48,316 nucleotides of DNA, from positions 1 through 48,316 of the forward strand of contig MRSU01001564.1 of assembly GCA_008369845.1 (NCBI GenBank), given 5' to 3'. The translations under genes and the position numbers were made by a program. The DNA comes from Trichomonas gallinae (Eukaryota). Below, one piece after another: positions 44,557 through 48,316 of this stretch (position 1 is its first letter; each line of letters opens with the position of its first letter). The notes under the pieces are model-generated. The model was not told the origin of the DNA, ran no database searches, and worked only from the letters and a program-made list of their open reading frames with translations.

Positions 44557-47500
44557 ATGGCTTCAAGCATAGATGTCGTAGAGCTTGAGAAAATGATTCT
44601 TGACCACAGCCAGAACGGCACTAAAAATGCCATAGAAGCATGGAATTTTGAGACAAATCACTGCGAAGAAGCATATGAAATAATCAAATACCCAAACGCT
44701 CATCCTACAGCATTCCACATAGCGACAATATATTTAACACGAAATATGTTATCAGTATTTTCACAATTTACAACAGAAAACAAATTAAATTATATTCAAG
44801 AATTATTAAATATTATTCAAAACAAAAAAGAAATCATTGTTGCTGATAATTCGGCTGCTTTTGAGCACTTCTTTGCTACTATTTACATATCAGTCTGGGG
44901 AATTCACGATGCAATGTATCAGCTCATAAATGAATACATGCAATGCTCACAATCAGACGTTGAATTCTTTATTACAATCACGCGCATCATTAACAGCATC
45001 TGCGAAATCGGAGTTGAAAAAAAGTTATATAATTTTCAATCTGTTTGTCATTTGCCATTTTTGATGTTTGTTTTGAACAATATTAGACTATGTATAACAA
45101 CACAACCAGTTAATCAAACAATATTAAGATATCTTTTTGAATTATTATTTACAATCTCAACTTTTGAACAGCAAACAGAGAACTTTAAACTTCATTTCCC
45201 TGCCGTATCCAATCTATCAAACCATTTCCAAGTTCAAAGACTTCCTAATGCAATTCCAACAGGTTCAATTGTATTTCAAGCAGAATGGCCAGCATCAATT
45301 GTTGATCCAGACATTTTGAATATGATATTTGATGCAGTGAGATTACTTGATCCAAATGATTTGATTCTAGGCTACAGAGTCTTGAAATCATTCGCTTCAA
45401 TCGCATCTTTTCATTCTTTCCAAAACTATGAAAAATATGATTATCAACTCAACTTTACACAGCATGTAAATGAATATGTCACGAAATTAGAGAATCCTAC
45501 GCAAGAATCATTATTTGAATTAACATCTTTGTTGTGGTACTGCCACCAAACAATCATAATGAACTTTCCACACATCAAAAGGTACCAAGAAGCTGGTCCA
45601 CAATTTGATTTATTAATTTCCAATATTCAACAATTAATTATAACTCCAGAGAATTTCGTTCATAATATTGGCGCAGTTCAAAACATTCTCTGGTACTATT
45701 CGACGAAAGATATGGGATTCCTTGAGATCAAAAAATCTTTGTTTTTAACAATAACAAATTTAATTCTCGATGGAATTTATAATGATGAAGAGTTTTTAAT
45801 GACATTTAATGATGTTGGCGATAACACGCTATATGATTATACTAGGAAGCTTCTTGATACAAAAATATCCGATATATTCCCTGTTTTGAAAGATATGCTT
45901 ATATCAAGAACGGCGAAGTTTTTCGAGCTGCTAGATGAAAATCCAGAAGACAAAACACCAATTTTCTCTATCACAGGCTGCATTTCATTTTTAGTCAATT
46001 TTTCGACTTTCTGCATTGAATCTATTCCTAATCTTGAACCTGTTGAACCAATTGTAGAATTATTCACTCAAATTCTCGATGCGTTTAATAACATATTATC
46101 TATGCAGCCAATTGGAAACTGCTATGTTCAGAATTCTTTTATAATATTTGCTAATAACTTAAGTAGCCTTCCTTTCCTTGACGAGCGAAGTAATTCGCAG
46201 CATTTTTATGAAGTTTTATCGAATAGCGGAGGAACAACTCAAATACACAACTCGAATGAATTGGTTGGCTTCGTAATTCATTATTTGATTCAAATGCTCG
46301 CGAATACAGAACTACATCCTCAAACAGAAATAATGACAAAAGCTGCTCTTTCTCTTCACAAGCTTTTGAGCTCACAAACTATGAGAAAGAGAGCAAGCGC
46401 CACACAGATTGATGTGGTTTTACTTGATAACGCCAGGCAAAATGTTTTTAATTTCGGTGTTGAAAACATGAAGGCGAGAAGATACCTTCACAGCGCTATC
46501 GGCGACATCTTAGCAGACAGTTCTGCTCCGCTTGCATCAGTTTACATGTTTTTGTCATCTTATGATAGAGTTTTTGCTGCGACACAGTCAGCACAGCCAA
46601 CTGCGAAAGAGTTGTTTGATGCTGTTGTCGACTTTTCTGGATATTTCGGCATGATATCTACAACCGAGCAATTCAACTTATTCTTCAACTATTTGTTCCC
46701 TGACAAAATTGCAAGGCTAGTTTCATCTGTCACCACACTCACTGAGCCAGTGCAACTGCTCGCATTGATGAAACTCTGGTCTGTAATTCTTTCGAAGAAC
46801 GACAAAATCGTTTTCAGGAAGCACAGCCCTAACGGCGTCCATTTCTTCAAATTTGGTGCCGCTCTTGTTCATTCGATACTTGATGCTCACGGTCAGACTG
46901 TTTCTACATCAGAGCACACGTCTATGACTGCCAGATTTTTGGTTTTGATTTCAAGAATCGCTGCAGGACTGCTCGATAATGCTTACGTTCCTTATTCAGC
47001 TTTCCAAATTTTCGGTGACAATGTTCTCGTTAATCTAATCAGCGACTGCGGAAGAATTATGTCGCTGTTCCCGCTGAATGATGTCATGCCTGTTCCAAAA
47101 CTCGCCAGCTCCATCCTAGAAATGGTGAGAACTTTGTGCAAGAACCACATCAATCTCGCGATGCAGTCGTCAAACGGTGAATGCGGAATGGCAATTTTGG
47201 AATGTTTGAGCTCCTATATATACTTCTCTCAGAACTTTAGCAGCGACATTGTAACAAAGATATTGTCAAATATAGTTAACAACATTGACAACATCACTGC
47301 ACTAGACCATGACGCCTTCCTGCACCTATATAAAGTTCTCTGGGGAGTTTTGTACACAAATTCTGCTACTGCTGGAGCAGTTGCCGGATGTATCTTTGAC
47401 ATCATGCAAGTTTATCCAGATTCGATTGAAAAATTCTTTGAGACTACCATTGAATTCGTTTCAGATAAAGATGAGTTCAGTGCAAAGTTCCATGAGTTCC

Positions 47501-47607
47501 AAGAAAGAATTCCACTCTGTGAGAAATCAACTTTCCATACACAACTGTCTTATTTCGTTTCTGATACAAAAATGCTCATCGTTGCTCCACATGAAGCATT
47601 CAAATGA
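44557..47607 (+). CDS. Exportin-7/RanBP16-like karyopherin
   Basis: F..HSPNGVHFFK, L..AYVPYSAFQIFGD, PKL and W..I.DP..L..IFD motifs match XPO7-family patterns; ~1000 aa, all-helical. Confidence 0.75.
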   Translation: MASSIDVVELEKMILDHSQNGTKNAIEAWNFETNHCEEAYEIIKYPNAHPTAFHIATIYLTRNMLSVFSQFTTENKLNYIQELLNIIQNKKEIIVADNSAAFEHFFATIYISVWGIHDAMYQLINEYMQCSQSDVEFFITITRIINSICEIGVEKKLYNFQSVCHLPFLMFVLNNIRLCITTQPVNQTILRYLFELLFTISTFEQQTENFKLHFPAVSNLSNHFQVQRLPNAIPTGSIVFQAEWPASIVDPDILNMIFDAVRLLDPNDLILGYRVLKSFASIASFHSFQNYEKYDYQLNFTQHVNEYVTKLENPTQESLFELTSLLWYCHQTIIMNFPHIKRYQEAGPQFDLLISNIQQLIITPENFVHNIGAVQNILWYYSTKDMGFLEIKKSLFLTITNLILDGIYNDEEFLMTFNDVGDNTLYDYTRKLLDTKISDIFPVLKDMLISRTAKFFELLDENPEDKTPIFSITGCISFLVNFSTFCIESIPNLEPVEPIVELFTQILDAFNNILSMQPIGNCYVQNSFIIFANNLSSLPFLDERSNSQHFYEVLSNSGGTTQIHNSNELVGFVIHYLIQMLANTELHPQTEIMTKAALSLHKLLSSQTMRKRASATQIDVVLLDNARQNVFNFGVENMKARRYLHSAIGDILADSSAPLASVYMFLSSYDRVFAATQSAQPTAKELFDAVVDFSGYFGMISTTEQFNLFFNYLFPDKIARLVSSVTTLTEPVQLLALMKLWSVILSKNDKIVFRKHSPNGVHFFKFGAALVHSILDAHGQTVSTSEHTSMTARFLVLISRIAAGLLDNAYVPYSAFQIFGDNVLVNLISDCGRIMSLFPLNDVMPVPKLASSILEMVRTLCKNHINLAMQSSNGECGMAILECLSSYIYFSQNFSSDIVTKILSNIVNNIDNITALDHDAFLHLYKVLWGVLYTNSATAGAVAGCIFDIMQVYPDSIEKFFETTIEFVSDKDEFSAKFHEFQERIPLCEKSTFHTQLSYFVSDTKMLIVAPHEAFK

Positions 47608-47731
47608 TTCTATTCTAAGACTTTATAGAGTTTGTTTTAATAAATTTATACATATTATTAATGTTACTTGCATGTTGGATTTGCACTTGATGTGCATATT
47701 TATATTTAACTATTTAAATATCAAAAAATTG

Positions 47732-48202
47732 TGTGGTATTGACTCAACTACAATTTATTATGGCAATGCTGCAAATGGAACCTTTGGAATGGCTTCATCT
47801 TATATTCCTGAAAGAATGTGGGTAACTCCTGAAGGAGGAGGTTGGTATTATGGTGGTGGAAATGGTGCTTCTGTCAACTGAATTATCACAAACGCTGGTA
47901 GAGGATCATCATTTGTTTCTGGAATAGAAGAATGCAATGCAATATCAAAAGATTCGATAGATTTTGACAATGCTTTGCACACGAATCAACCAATCCACTA
48001 TTCTGGAATTTCCTTCGTTAATCCCGTCATGCTTTATGGAAATGACACGCAAATTCCATCATTGTGGTCTGTGAATGAAGGCGGTGCTGCACAATTCACT
48101 CTTCTCGATTATACGCCCCGTCTATTGACTTGTAATTTTAATTGGGAGCCTATTGGATATGATACTTTTCTTATATATGAAATCATTGATGATTTCAACT
48201 AA
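47732..48202 (+). pseudogene. 5'-truncated glycine-rich family relic with an in-frame TGA
   Basis: One frame reads ANGTFG..GGGWYYGGG..VN*..GRGSSFVSGIEECNAI..HTNQPIHYSGISF..; stop at 47879-47881; no start or N-terminus. Confidence 0.8.
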
Positions 48203-48316
48203 GATTATATCATGATAAAATTGTTGTTCATAATTCATATAAACTGATTTTCAAAAGTCAGGTCTGAAACGAAAGGTCACATAAAGGTACCAAAAATGGG
48301 CTCCCAGTTAGCACTT

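Noticed and set aside
47879..47881. Selenocysteine or readthrough TGA
   Set aside because: The gene is 5'-truncated and otherwise decayed; no SECIS-like hairpin seen
48255..48316. Possible transposon terminus at the window end
   Set aside because: Too short and truncated; no partner inverted repeat or TSD visible

Overview
This is AT-rich, gene-dense eukaryotic DNA with no introns seen and very short 5' leaders. It carries trichomonad hallmarks: TCA(C/T)T initiator elements just upstream of ATGs, AAAAGTGAC upstream motifs, a Cpn60 with a short hydrogenosomal-type presequence, GP63-like and ankyrin family genes, and glycine-rich relics. It is most likely Trichomonas vaginalis or a close relative. 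About 22 intact genes are present: ADA2, uridine phosphorylase, TMEM231, CK2-beta, GP63-like, Tubby-like, MBL-fold, WD40, HTH/Myb-like, GT61-like, coiled-coil, PEN-2, DUS, pseudokinase, Cpn60, Fes1/HspBP1, three ankyrin proteins, a small coiled-coil, a ~7TM protein, SAPS-like and exportin-7-like. The most notable observations are: (1) an 11-bp intergenic motif TTTAC(A/G)TG(A/T)CA that recurs in clusters with near-helical (~10n bp) spacing, sits inside tandem repeats and forms an inverted pair in a 75-bp bidirectional promoter; (2) three intact-ORF pseudoenzymes (GP63 HSFFH, MBL TNGLADN, kinase lacking HRD/DFG); (3) a 113-bp foldback element; (4) an unlisted 57-aa ORF with an initiator; (5) several gene relics in the intergenic DNA. 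All family assignments come from motif recognition by eye; no database searches were run.
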